A stretch of DNA of 64,000 bases from an uncultured marine group III euryarchaeote (GTDB lineage Archaea; Thermoplasmatota; Poseidoniia; MGIII; CG-Epi1). The stretch spans positions 19,048 through 83,047 of the forward strand of contig CACALG010000001.1 of NCBI GenBank assembly GCA_902533295.1, in the 5' to 3' direction. Every line of letters starts with the position of its first letter. The first letter of the stretch is position 1. This document shows, piece after piece, positions 19,901-28,719 of the stretch. The position numbers and the translations under genes were made by a program. Under the pieces are notes generated by a model. That model had not been told where the DNA came from, searched no databases, and saw only the letters and a list, made by a program, of their open reading frames with translations.

Positions 19901-22128
19901 TGTGTATTATTCGTTAATATATTATTTGAAATTCTTCCTTCACTATTATTTGCAGTTATAGCTATTTCCGAAAAATTAATAATATTGTCTTCTAAGTCAA
20001 AATCTGCAAGAACGACAGTTATAGATTCTCTAAAATTCGTTATTATATTATCACTAACTTCGACTTCACCTTCCTGCGAAAAAATACCTACTGCAGCAAC
20101 TTTTTGTAAATAAAGAACATCACATCTATCATGTGTGCATAATCCGGTTACATTATTATTAACTATTTTACTATATGTCCTGTTACTAAGAATACCATAA
20201 TCATTTACATGCAATATATTATCTTCAATAAGTATAGGAAACGTACTATCCTCAAATCCTCCTACTTCGATACCCACTGCCGAACTTAATGTATTATTTT
20301 TAATTATAGTTTTTGGAATATAATATGCATAAATTCCTGATAATTGTGATTCAGGACTCATGTTTGTTTGAACTGTATTATTTGCAATATATCCTTCTTC
20401 AACATCTCTGAACATTATGCCAGCACCATCGATAGAATGAACAAGATTATTTGTTACATGTATATTATCAATTGTAAATGCTGAACCAAACTGAGTATAT
20501 GCAGATATTCCATTATATTTTATATTTTTGAGTGTGTTATTAGCGACAATACCATTTGATATGTCGCCAAAACCATTATCATATATCCAAATTCCTATAG
20601 ACGCATTATCAATATAATTATCCACTATAGTAAAATTTTTGTAGAAATTCCAAACCGTTATTGCTCTTGCTGATGTATTAGTAATATAATTTGAAATTAT
20701 ATGATTATCAGTTCCTACATCATTATATACATTTTCAAAATCAAGCGCTATTGGAAAGTCATTATCATTGATGGTATTATTTATTATATAATTTCCAGAA
20801 GGTGATATACCTCCTTCAGGCCAACCCCAAAGTCCTATAGCTTGCCATCCTATTTCAAAATTATTATTTCTTATAGTATTATTGTTCTGAAATGAATTAA
20901 TAAAAATAGCAATTGTGTAATTTTCAAAGTAATTATTTTCGATTAAATGACCTCCACCATAATATTCATCTGTATCAAAATCCCAGAACCAGAAAATCAT
21001 ACAACTATGCCCCCAATAGGGTTGTTTAGACCCGCAATTTATGAATGTATTATTACTGTATTCATTTCTATTTCCTGCACGATCCATAAGATTGTGCCAA
21101 TATACGCCAGAAACATTGAATATGTTGCGGCTAATTATATTGTCATCTGTAGCTTGTAGAGACATATCATGTATTGTATTATTTAGAAATTGGTTATCAA
21201 TTATTGTATGATTACTGCCTTGAGTTATAGTAAGCGTACCTCTGCCTCCCTGTCCATTATCCTTGTAAATATAATCTCTAAAGATGTTACCACTAATTAG
21301 ATTATAATTCCCATAGGAAATAGTTACACCTAATGTACCGTTAATGAAAGTATTATTTTGTATTAAGGCGTTCTCTCCTGAGACAAACAAGTCATAGAAT
21401 ATGTAACTATTATAAATCGTGTTATTAATAAATCTAAAATTATCAGTATAAGCACTAATTATTCCAATCATATCAAATGTGGAATTAGTTATGTAAGATC
21501 CAGCTCCAGTAAATCTTAATGCCTTTACATACTCAAAATCAGAATTCTCAATAATTACCCTAGTATTAGGAATTCCTGAGCCTGGCTGATTATTTACTAA
21601 TCTGCCTACTTGAACAGTATAATCTAACCTCTCTGTGTAATTCCCTTTACCAATTATATTAGATTTAATAACGGAACGATCATTACTAGTTGTCGGATTC
21701 AAATCATAATCTGTAACAATTAGTACAGAATTCTCATTTAAATCAAGACAATTAGCAGTTATTTCACTATTCTTTTGAATAGAATCAAGTATTAATTCAG
21801 AATTAATTATGGTCAGTGTACTGTATAATGATATATTGTCACCATGTGAATCTTGTTCATGAAATACTGTAGAATTAATCCATCTGGTTTCTCCTCTAAT
21901 TTCAATGAAACCTTTTGATGATAGAGAAACGTTTTCAAGTTTCAAAGTCTTACCAAAATTAACGACAATATCTTTGACTGAGACGTCCTCATCCCAAACA
22001 TGCGTGTCTTGAGTGATAATCCAATCCTGACCCTCTTGGGGTGCATTTCCATTTGAACCTGCTGAAGCATTTCCAGTACTGATTACTATCGCAGTAATTG
22101 CGATTAAAAGAAATGCTGTTTTCTTCAT
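16966..22128 (-). CDS. Giant surface protein (1720 aa): signal peptide, Asn-rich right-handed beta-helix (PbH1-like) repeats, Ig/Fn3-like region, one TM helix, cytoplasmic roadblock-like domain plus a beta-rich C-terminal domain
   Basis: N-terminal AFLLIAITAIVISTGNASA. Hundreds of residues carry periodic NNT/NN.I/GI.. beta-helix signatures (e.g. IQNNTFINGTLGVTISYGNYNLISGNIF). The TM helix is ILPATIGISLLFLMFGGVLLY (about 17785-17847), followed by a 270-aa tail. Confidence 0.75.
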   Translation of the reverse strand: MKKTAFLLIAITAIVISTGNASAGSNGNAPQEGQDWIITQDTHVWDEDVSVKDIVVNFGKTLKLENVSLSSKGFIEIRGETRWINSTVFHEQDSHGDNISLYSTLTIINSELILDSIQKNSEITANCLDLNENSVLIVTDYDLNPTTSNDRSVIKSNIIGKGNYTERLDYTVQVGRLVNNQPGSGIPNTRVIIENSDFEYVKALRFTGAGSYITNSTFDMIGIISAYTDNFRFINNTIYNSYIFYDLFVSGENALIQNNTFINGTLGVTISYGNYNLISGNIFRDYIYKDNGQGGRGTLTITQGSNHTIIDNQFLNNTIHDMSLQATDDNIISRNIFNVSGVYWHNLMDRAGNRNEYSNNTFINCGSKQPYWGHSCMIFWFWDFDTDEYYGGGHLIENNYFENYTIAIFINSFQNNNTIRNNNFEIGWQAIGLWGWPEGGISPSGNYIINNTINDNDFPIALDFENVYNDVGTDNHIISNYITNTSARAITVWNFYKNFTIVDNYIDNASIGIWIYDNGFGDISNGIVANNTLKNIKYNGISAYTQFGSAFTIDNIHVTNNLVHSIDGAGIMFRDVEEGYIANNTVQTNMSPESQLSGIYAYYIPKTIIKNNTLSSAVGIEVGGFEDSTFPILIEDNILHVNDYGILSNRTYSKIVNNNVTGLCTHDRCDVLYLQKVAAVGIFSQEGEVEVSDNIITNFRESITVVLADFDLEDNIINFSEIAITANNSEGRISNNILTNNTQSVSSYRSDINILNNVFNDFEKAIYSFNSTISIDNNIFSEGDFCLDLIDSDSTLQNNDFNCRDTDYLIRYNLQINIADERGTGSREHGFDIENSFGSKLVDSQTDNYGFSDYYMINVISKAADQNEINYNPIRIIYYNNDIMVEIYKNLSYNHTLLALLDTTSPQSEIIPGTGLINSESIELQISLLNDDNDFKEYIIEYIVNDKFAQWEEYGTFTESIVLFTGEDGKEYRFRSLARDIYGNTENKNNYEYQVKIDTSIPSTELLNFEEDYYFIGNSQIDLSWKNSADDIAYNTLEVSYSNFTNANLDPNSVTWTALDSINIYGDTHYIYEFDELGHYAFKILASDYAGNSEDKEEYDIIMNYASKVDTISFSNVPQKWGYDYLEIFIDTDNLNLDYKIYIAIQTIEKGNDLLTWYLLPHDISDDKIKLQDLQDNTRYFLYAESRDLAGNLENPLDTTEYFSSNGQYDQSFNLKYIPAINDIHWFNVSVDNDLDGIYEKALVRGMNKNKLLVDEYYLDIINKTIQFGGTSNGGFVPTEDITGNNNIKIDYSGVHLTFEVFTEDPQKATNVAISHTNATELVLGFVIPEDAAICKVQMVADELPASDSGWFTQEIIGVGMETSCKQGYYEWIHKNPSPDRDYFYRITIEDEFGHISNSNNETVSMEEVVKLYSSSGTETDQFGMKEILPATIGISLLFLMFGGVLLYRSRKEELDENVSIIESKPIAKYKVEELYLIYKDGRLLRNVSAVEVKTDTDIMSGMLTAINDFVQDSFQTEGDLGSIDYGNNKIILQRGEHSYLAAVIYGEIDNMFKGKLINAVRAIETINPTLANWNGDAESVKQVKIYLNPIIDETIASTREMVDNYFTEKEIVITSSYEKLGTNITLNVNLSNYSSETISSCKISPEFNSSILGLVGIDPDVYYSFSDNSFIVGDISSYNEVQFKLKMQQKSNAATSVEIKMMYEQKDREGLTNSRVDIA

Positions 22129-22220
22129 CTTGCTTATAGAGATAGTTATCTGTTAATAAAATAAACCGAAGATTTATACAATACAATAATTTTAAATTAG
22201 TCAATGAATCAAGATAATTA

Positions 22221-23555
22221 ATGGTTCTTGAAAAATTAGGAGATGCACTAAGAGAAACTCTTAGAAAAATAGCCGGTGCCAGCCACATTTCTCCTGAATT
22301 AATTAAAGAATTAGTAAGAGATATACAAAGAGCACTATTACAATCAGATGTTAATGTAAGACTCGCCCTAGATTTGAGTAAAAGAATAGAAACTAGAGCT
22401 TTAGATGAAAAAGCGCCGGCTGGAATGACAGGGCGTGAACATGTTGTTAGAATTGTGCATCAAGAACTAGTATCTGCATTAGGTGAACCAAGATCTCTTA
22501 AATTAGAAAAACAAAGAATTATGTTAGTAGGTCTTTATGGCCAAGGTAAAACTACTACTACAGGAAAACTAGCAAAGTACCTTAAGAAAAAGGGTTTGAG
22601 CCTAGGATTAATTGCAGCTGATGTCCATAGACCTGCAGCATATGACCAATTATCTCAAATTGGCGAACAAATAGATATTCCTGTATTCGGAAGTTCAAAA
22701 AACACTGACGCAGTAAAAGTGGTAAAAGAAGGATTAAAAGAATTTGAAGAACTAGATATTGTGATTGTTGATACTGCAGGTCGTCATGCTTTAGATGATG
22801 ATCTAATATCTGAAATGGAATCAATTTCTAAAGTAGTCAAACCAGATGAAATATTCCTTGTCATGGATGCAACTGTTGGACAGCAGGCTGGACCACAAGC
22901 AGAAGCTTTCCACGAAGCCGTTGGTGTTTCTGGTGTCATATTAACTAAATTAGATGGTTCTGCTAAAGGTGGAGGTGCATTATCTGCAGTTTCAGTAACA
23001 AATGCCCCAATTATATTTGTAGGAACTGGGGAAAGTTTAGAAAGTTTAGAAACATTGGATCCAGATAGATTTATTTCACGCCTTCTTGGAATGGGAGACC
23101 TACAAACTCTTCTTGAAAGAGCTGAAGAAGTTATAGATGCTAGTACAGCTGAAGATACTGCAAAGAAAATGCTCTCAGGTAAATTTACCTTAATTGATAT
23201 GAGAGAACAAATGGAAGCCATGAATAAAATGGGTTCATTAGATAAAATCATGGAAATGATTCCTGGCATGTCTTCAATGATGAACAAAGGCCAAATGGAA
23301 GAGACTGAGGGTAGATTAGAAAAATTTAAAGTTTTGATGAATTCAATGACTCATGAAGAACTAGAAAATCCAAAATTAATAAAACGTTCTAGGATTGAAA
23401 GAATTGCCAAAGGTTCAGGTTCCGACCCCCAAGAAATCAGAGAATTATTGAAACATTATAATAAAAGTAGAAAAATGATGTCCAATCTTGGTGGAAACAG
23501 AAGAATGCAACAAAGAATGATGAAACAATTTGGAAAGGGTGAACTAAAACTATAG
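22221..23555 (+). CDS. srp54: Signal recognition particle protein SRP54
   Basis: GLYGQGKTTTTGKLA, DTAGR and TKLDG motifs, with a Met-rich M domain. Confidence 0.92.
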   Translation: MVLEKLGDALRETLRKIAGASHISPELIKELVRDIQRALLQSDVNVRLALDLSKRIETRALDEKAPAGMTGREHVVRIVHQELVSALGEPRSLKLEKQRIMLVGLYGQGKTTTTGKLAKYLKKKGLSLGLIAADVHRPAAYDQLSQIGEQIDIPVFGSSKNTDAVKVVKEGLKEFEELDIVIVDTAGRHALDDDLISEMESISKVVKPDEIFLVMDATVGQQAGPQAEAFHEAVGVSGVILTKLDGSAKGGGALSAVSVTNAPIIFVGTGESLESLETLDPDRFISRLLGMGDLQTLLERAEEVIDASTAEDTAKKMLSGKFTLIDMREQMEAMNKMGSLDKIMEMIPGMSSMMNKGQMEETEGRLEKFKVLMNSMTHEELENPKLIKRSRIERIAKGSGSDPQEIRELLKHYNKSRKMMSNLGGNRRMQQRMMKQFGKGELKL

Positions 23556-23592
23556 CCCCAAAATACAAATACATAGACTTAGAGTATAACTT

Positions 23593-23943
23593 ATGTCGAG
23601 TTTCGAAATTAAGCGTGGACACGGTAAAACGTTGGAAGATGGTGGACTGAAATCACTAATGACCGAAGAATTTGGTGATATAACTGAGGAAAATAATCAT
23701 TTTACTGCATCTTTTAAAGCACTAAAGCAAATCAATGTAGAATTTGTATCAATTACAGAAATCCGGGTAAAAACTGAAATGGATCCTGATGCATCTTTAG
23801 AAGATGCAACAGAATCTCATCAAGCATACAATAGGTTCATGGAAGCTGCAACTAGTTTCAATGCTAAACAAAGAGTAGATAGGGCGAAAGCCAGGGCAAA
23901 AAAAGAAGCTAAGGCTGCTGCTGAAAAGGAAATGCAATCTTAA
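23593..23943 (+). CDS. Hypothetical protein (116 aa) with a Lys/Ala-rich C-terminus
   Basis: ORF in operon-like spacing between srp54 and the Fap7-like kinase; no motif recognised. Confidence 0.5.
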   Translation: MSSFEIKRGHGKTLEDGGLKSLMTEEFGDITEENNHFTASFKALKQINVEFVSITEIRVKTEMDPDASLEDATESHQAYNRFMEAATSFNAKQRVDRAKARAKKEAKAAAEKEMQS

Positions 23944-24449
23944 TGCAAAAATATGCCCTAACTGGAACACCAGGAACGGGCAAAACCTCAGTATCTAAGC
24001 TATTAAATGAAAAGGTAATCTCTCTTTCAAATTATTATAAGAAAGCCTCAGAAGGGAAAACAAAAGATGGAGAATGGCTTGTAGATATTGGAAAATTAAA
24101 TCAGATTCTTGAAACTTCAAATTCAAATCTTTTTGAGGGAAATTTTGCTCACAAACTAGATAATATAGATAAGATAATCGTTCTAAGATGCGACCCGAAT
24201 ATACTAAAAAAAAGATTAGAGGAAAGAGGATACAACAAAGAAAAGGTAATGGAAAATATTGAGGCAGAAGCTATTGGTTTAATTTTCTCAGAATCAATAG
24301 ATTATGTAGGGAAAAATAATGTTATTCAATTAGACACAAGTAATACTGATGTTGAAAGTATATCAAATATTATAGGAAAATATTTGGACGGGAAGATTAA
24401 AGTAGAAGAAGAAATTGATTACTCAGAAAGAATATTGGATTGGTACTAA
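23943..24449 (+). CDS. Fap7/AK6-like nucleoside-triphosphatase (putative adenylate kinase)
   Basis: N-terminal P-loop LTGTPGTGKTS, ~170 aa, with the overall pattern of archaeal COG1936-type kinases. Confidence 0.65.
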   Translation: MQKYALTGTPGTGKTSVSKLLNEKVISLSNYYKKASEGKTKDGEWLVDIGKLNQILETSNSNLFEGNFAHKLDNIDKIIVLRCDPNILKKRLEERGYNKEKVMENIEAEAIGLIFSESIDYVGKNNVIQLDTSNTDVESISNIIGKYLDGKIKVEEEIDYSERILDWY

Positions 24450-24450
24450 G

Positions 24451-25053
24451 ATGGTAGCTGACGATTACAGAGATTTTGGAACAAAATTACTTGATCCTAT
24501 AGCAGAAAAAATACCTCTTGGGCCAATGGGAATAAGTTTTTTATCGTTATTAACTGCAATTGGTGCAGGATATTCCTTTTTTATTATAGAAGATAATTTG
24601 TCAAATAAAGAATGGTTACTAATTGGTTCTGGACTCGTATTTCTAACAGCTGTTCTCGATGCACTTGATGGTATAGTTGCACGAAAAAGAAACTTATCTA
24701 GTAAGAGAGGAGACTTGGTAGATCATACACTTGATAGAGTTGCAGACATTCTAATTATTGGAGGTATTGCTTTTGGAGCCCTTGTAAATATCGAAATTGG
24801 TTTTGCTGCGATTATTGGAATTCTAATGTTATCTTATATGGGAACACAAGCTCAAGCAGTGGGGGCTGGCAGAGAATATGCAGGTTTACTTGGTAGAGCA
24901 GACAGATTAATCGTACTGATGCTCATTCCAATATTTCATTACTTTAATCAAGAATATAATTATATGGAGTTAATGTGCTATGCATTTGCAATTATTTGTA
25001 CATTATCTGCCATTTATCGGTTTCAAAAAATCTGGATTGAATTAGAAGAATAG
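24451..25053 (+). CDS. CDP-alcohol phosphatidyltransferase family protein (archaeal polar-lipid head-group synthase)
   Basis: DALDGIVARKRNLSSKRGDLVDHTLDRVAD fits D-x2-DG-x2-AR-x8-G-x3-D-x3-D, and the protein is polytopic. The start is taken at ATG 24451, just after the upstream stop; the ORF track begins at 24415. Confidence 0.8.
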   Translation: MVADDYRDFGTKLLDPIAEKIPLGPMGISFLSLLTAIGAGYSFFIIEDNLSNKEWLLIGSGLVFLTAVLDALDGIVARKRNLSSKRGDLVDHTLDRVADILIIGGIAFGALVNIEIGFAAIIGILMLSYMGTQAQAVGAGREYAGLLGRADRLIVLMLIPIFHYFNQEYNYMELMCYAFAIICTLSAIYRFQKIWIELEE

Positions 25054-25225
25054 TGGTGGGAGCACTGGGATTTGAACCCAGATCGGCGGGTCTCACCTAT
25101 TGAGCCGGAGCCCATAGTTTGCACAGGTCATAGCTCCAATCATTCATCACGACATCAGCAGACCCTGTAGCAATCATTCCTGTATAATTGGAGCCCGCAA
25201 TGCTGCCAGGTTACACCATGCTCCC
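25054..25225 (-). tRNA. tRNA-Trp (anticodon CCA) with a 96-nt intron at the canonical 37/38 position; CCA encoded
   Basis: The 5' exon is GGGAGCAUGGUGUAACCUGGCAGCAUUGCGGGCUCCAA (25225-25188). The intron spans 25187-25092. The 3' exon is ACCCGCCGAUCUGGGUUCAAAUCCCAGUGCUCCCACCA (25091-25054). The spliced product folds into a standard cloverleaf with anticodon loop CUCCAAA. Confidence 0.88.
25123..25183 (-). ncRNA. Box C/D guide RNA embedded in the tRNA-Trp intron
   Basis: RNA order is ACAGG (terminal stem), AAUGAUUG (C-like), 12-nt guide CUACAGGGUCUG, CUGA (D'), UGUC, GUGAUGA (C'), 12-nt guide AUGAUUGGAGCU, AUGA (D-like), CCUGU (terminal stem). By the 5th-nucleotide rule the guides pair with the tRNA so that C39 and C34 are targeted. 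Confidence 0.7.
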
Positions 25226-25307
25226 CAATATAGGCTGATTAGAACACTACAATAAAAAGTCTCTGATGAGTAACGTTAATAACGTATGCTTTATCGAGTA
25301 TACATAA

Positions 25308-25745
25308 ATGAGCTCAGATGAAGAAACCGAAGAGGAGGTTTTGAATGAGCACAATCCTGCACCTCCTACTGAAAGAATTTGGATGCCCGTTTATCAGGAT
25401 GAAGATAAAAAACTAGCTAAACATGATTGGTGTTTAGATACTGGAATTATTAAGAATCTTAGTGGAGAAGAAGCAAAGCCTAAAGGTTTCTATGTTTCAG
25501 TTCTAAACAAAATGAAATACATTCTGGAACATGATTTAGGACACAGTAGAGGTGCTCCAAAATTTCCAGCTTCACAAATTAAACTAATTATAAAAGATTT
25601 AGATAATATAGATGGCTTCTATGATAAATGGTGGAGAACTGAATCTTCTCAATTGGAAGCCTTTATTCGTGTAGTTCAAAATAGAAGGGCTGACTTATCA
25701 CAAAGATTTATTATAGATTCGGTAACGAGGACTCTACGTGGTTGA
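25308..25745 (+). CDS. Hypothetical protein (145 aa) with an acidic N-terminus
   Basis: ORF only; its end overlaps the GTG start of rpe by 8 nt. Confidence 0.45.
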   Translation: MSSDEETEEEVLNEHNPAPPTERIWMPVYQDEDKKLAKHDWCLDTGIIKNLSGEEAKPKGFYVSVLNKMKYILEHDLGHSRGAPKFPASQIKLIIKDLDNIDGFYDKWWRTESSQLEAFIRVVQNRRADLSQRFIIDSVTRTLRG

Positions 25746-26361
25746 AATTGCACCATCAATGTTGGGGGCTGATTTCGGAGATATGCGGCGAGCTGCTGAA
25801 TTAGTTGCTCCAGAATCTGGCTATTTACATATGGATGTTATGGATGGTCATTTTGTGCCTAATCTCACCATGGGTTCTGATTTAGTTAAATCTCTGAAAG
25901 GTATTGCTCCCTTAGATGTTCATCTGATGATTACGGACCCTTGTGATTTCATAGATGATTTTAGTGAAGCAGGAGCTGAAATAATATCGATACATATAGA
26001 AGCGAATAATCCAAGTAAAGCAATTGATATTATTAAAGAAAAAAACATAAAAGCTGGGATTGCACTTAATCCTTCGACACCTGTGGATGCAATTGATTTC
26101 GTTGTAGATAAAGTGGATCTGATTCTCGTAATGTCAGTGGAACCAGGATATTGCGGTCAATCCTTTCATGAGACTTCTATTGAACGTGTAAGAAATTATA
26201 AAGAAAAATACCCTGATAAATTGATTGAAGTAGATGGAGGTGTGAGTACTTCTAATTCAAAAAAACTTATTGAAGCAGGAGCGGATATTTTAGTAGCTGG
26301 AAGTGCTGTTTTCAACTCAGAAGATCCAATTCAGACGATAAATCAAATGAAACAGGGTTAA
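25738..26361 (+). CDS. rpe: Ribulose-phosphate 3-epimerase
   Basis: APSMLGADF and HMDVMDGHFVPNLT motifs, MSVEPGYCGQSF, VDGGV. Confidence 0.88.
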   Translation: MVEIAPSMLGADFGDMRRAAELVAPESGYLHMDVMDGHFVPNLTMGSDLVKSLKGIAPLDVHLMITDPCDFIDDFSEAGAEIISIHIEANNPSKAIDIIKEKNIKAGIALNPSTPVDAIDFVVDKVDLILVMSVEPGYCGQSFHETSIERVRNYKEKYPDKLIEVDGGVSTSNSKKLIEAGADILVAGSAVFNSEDPIQTINQMKQG

Positions 26362-26385
26362 ACTTATTAATTAGAAAGGGATATA

Positions 26386-28719
26386 ATGAATGTGAGAAAA
26401 GTCTTTGTTATTGGATTAGCTTTGCTTCTAAGCGTCAATTTAGTTAAAATTGACACAAGTGCAGAATTACCTGTAGAAGATTTTACACATGCAGTTTTTG
26501 GAGAAGAATTTACTGCCACATGGTGTGTTTATTGCCCTAGTGCTGCAGAAAACCTGATGAAGGTTTATGATGACATACCAAACGAACCATATTATCATGA
26601 TAAATTTTTCTTTGTTGCCCTAATAACTGATGTTAATGATAAAGCAGATGAAAGGATGGATGATTATCCTGATGTAACTGGATATCCTACTGTTATATTT
26701 GATGGGAATGATGAAAAGGTTTCTGGAGGACAATCAGATACTGCTAATTATGAACAAGCAATAGATAGTTGTGGGCAACGTGACGATACAGATATATCAT
26801 TGGATATTGAAATGAATCATCTAGGGGCAGACCAATTAGAAGTAAGTGTGAAAATGACTTGGAATGAAGATGCTTCGCTTGGAGACCCCACTTTCAATGG
26901 TTATGTTCGAGCCTATATTGTAGAAAAGGTTTCTAGATACAATAATTATGATGGAGATCCATACCATTTTGGGTTCTTAGATTATGCCTTTGAGGAAAAC
27001 GTTGAATTAGAACCTCATGAAGAAACTGTATTGAATACTGTATGGATTGGGGGAGACCATGAAGATAAGAATGGAAATGATTTTTCAGATATCGATTATG
27101 AAAATATTAATATTTTCGTAGCTTTTTTCAATGATGAATCTGCTACAACTGACAAATATGTTTTAGAAACTGCTTTTGCAATACCTCCTGAACTGAGTGT
27201 GAGTGTTCCTGAGGGATTATTAAGTGGTAACATTGAAATTGAAGGAACTGCAGTTAGTGAAAAATCAGAAATTGAAAATGTATATTATAGATGGGACAAA
27301 ACAGAATGGATCAACACCGATTTATCTTCTTTTAATGGTAATTTTAATTTTGAACTGGATACTTCTGAAATGACAAACGGAGAACATGAATTGGATATCA
27401 AAGTTGTTGATAGAGGAGCGAGTATGATTAAAACACTCAATCTTGAAATCCTAAATGATGAAAATCCTCCTTCCATCCAGATAATATCACCCGAAGAAGG
27501 TGATACCTTAGAAAGTATAGCTATTCTGGAAGTCGAAGCTACAGATGATAACCAAATTTCAGAAGTTGATTATCGAGTAAACCAAGGAGATTGGAGAAAA
27601 ATGTATTACAATGAAGGAGACTCCTATATTGCTAGTTGGAATACACAAGAAGCAGGGGCTGGTAATGGAGATCATCAGATATCATTCAGAGCTATAGATA
27701 TGAATTCTAATGAGATAAGTCAAACAATAGAGATTACTGTTCTCAATGAAGAAGATATTACTTATCCATACTTAAAAATCAACGAACCTAAAGAGGAAAT
27801 TTACAATAATAGAGTGAATATTAATGTAAAATCATCTGATCCTGATGGGATTGAAAAGGTCCAATATCGTGTTGATAATGGCACTTGGAGAGATATGTCA
27901 CTAGAAGGAAATGAGATTTTCACTGACACCTGGACACCAACTTGGGACGGATGGCATTGGTTAGATGTTAGAACAGTTGATAACCAAGAATATGAGACCT
28001 TCCAAGGAATTCGATTTGAGACCGATAGTACTCCTCCATCACTAATCCTAGATTCCTTCTCAAATGATATTACTGCAATAGCTGAATTCGATCTCCAAGT
28101 TTATGATTATAGTAGTCTTCAGACACTAAAATATAGAATCAAACCATATGGTTCAATTTGGCAAGATTGGAATGAACTAGAACCAAGTGGAGAACAGGTT
28201 GCATTCGGTTGGGATTCAACAAAGTATGAAGATGGAGAATGTCTGTTAGAAATAGAATGTACAGATGAGTGGGGTGGAGTAAGCACATTATATCGGAACC
28301 TAGATGTGAAGAATCAAGATTTAGTTTATTCAATTCCTCCTTCAAATATTGAGACTAATACAGTTACAAAAATAACATCAATAGTTGATTATGAAAACCC
28401 AATTAGTGTTAATATGATAGTAGCTAAAATTGATGCAGATGTTTTGGCTGAAGGACAGAAAATACCAATGAAAAAAGATGGTAATTATTATATTGGTGAA
28501 TTATACTTTGAGAATTCAGGAAATTATGTTTATAGCATAGAAGTTGATACAGGTCATGGAAAATTAACTTCGTATGAGCAGAATATAATTGTTTCTGATA
28601 AACAAATGGTTACTTCCTCAGGTGAAGAAAATAATTCTCTGATGAGTCCTAATATTGTGCCTGTAATTGTTATTTTAGTAGTTGTGGCATTCCAAAGAAA
28701 ACGCTTATTTTCTAGATAG
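26386..28719 (+). CDS. Surface protein (777 aa): signal peptide, thioredoxin-fold domain with WCxxC, several Ig-like domains, C-terminal TM anchor
   Basis: N-terminal VFVIGLALLLSVNLV. The thioredoxin-like part reads FTATWCVYCPSA ... GYPTVIFDG. Repeated ~90-aa modules share the pattern I..P.EGDTL......V.A.D. The C-terminus is PNIVPVIVILVVVAFQRKR. Confidence 0.6.
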   Translation: MNVRKVFVIGLALLLSVNLVKIDTSAELPVEDFTHAVFGEEFTATWCVYCPSAAENLMKVYDDIPNEPYYHDKFFFVALITDVNDKADERMDDYPDVTGYPTVIFDGNDEKVSGGQSDTANYEQAIDSCGQRDDTDISLDIEMNHLGADQLEVSVKMTWNEDASLGDPTFNGYVRAYIVEKVSRYNNYDGDPYHFGFLDYAFEENVELEPHEETVLNTVWIGGDHEDKNGNDFSDIDYENINIFVAFFNDESATTDKYVLETAFAIPPELSVSVPEGLLSGNIEIEGTAVSEKSEIENVYYRWDKTEWINTDLSSFNGNFNFELDTSEMTNGEHELDIKVVDRGASMIKTLNLEILNDENPPSIQIISPEEGDTLESIAILEVEATDDNQISEVDYRVNQGDWRKMYYNEGDSYIASWNTQEAGAGNGDHQISFRAIDMNSNEISQTIEITVLNEEDITYPYLKINEPKEEIYNNRVNINVKSSDPDGIEKVQYRVDNGTWRDMSLEGNEIFTDTWTPTWDGWHWLDVRTVDNQEYETFQGIRFETDSTPPSLILDSFSNDITAIAEFDLQVYDYSSLQTLKYRIKPYGSIWQDWNELEPSGEQVAFGWDSTKYEDGECLLEIECTDEWGGVSTLYRNLDVKNQDLVYSIPPSNIETNTVTKITSIVDYENPISVNMIVAKIDADVLAEGQKIPMKKDGNYYIGELYFENSGNYVYSIEVDTGHGKLTSYEQNIIVSDKQMVTSSGEENNSLMSPNIVPVIVILVVVAFQRKRLFSR

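Noticed and set aside
25263-25270. CTGATGAG upstream of the 25308 CDS, which resembles a hammerhead ribozyme core or a C box
   Set aside because: No downstream GAAA core element or compatible stems I-III are present, and no D box (CUGA) or terminal stem partner was found on either strand. It is most likely a chance occurrence in a promoter or 5' UTR region.
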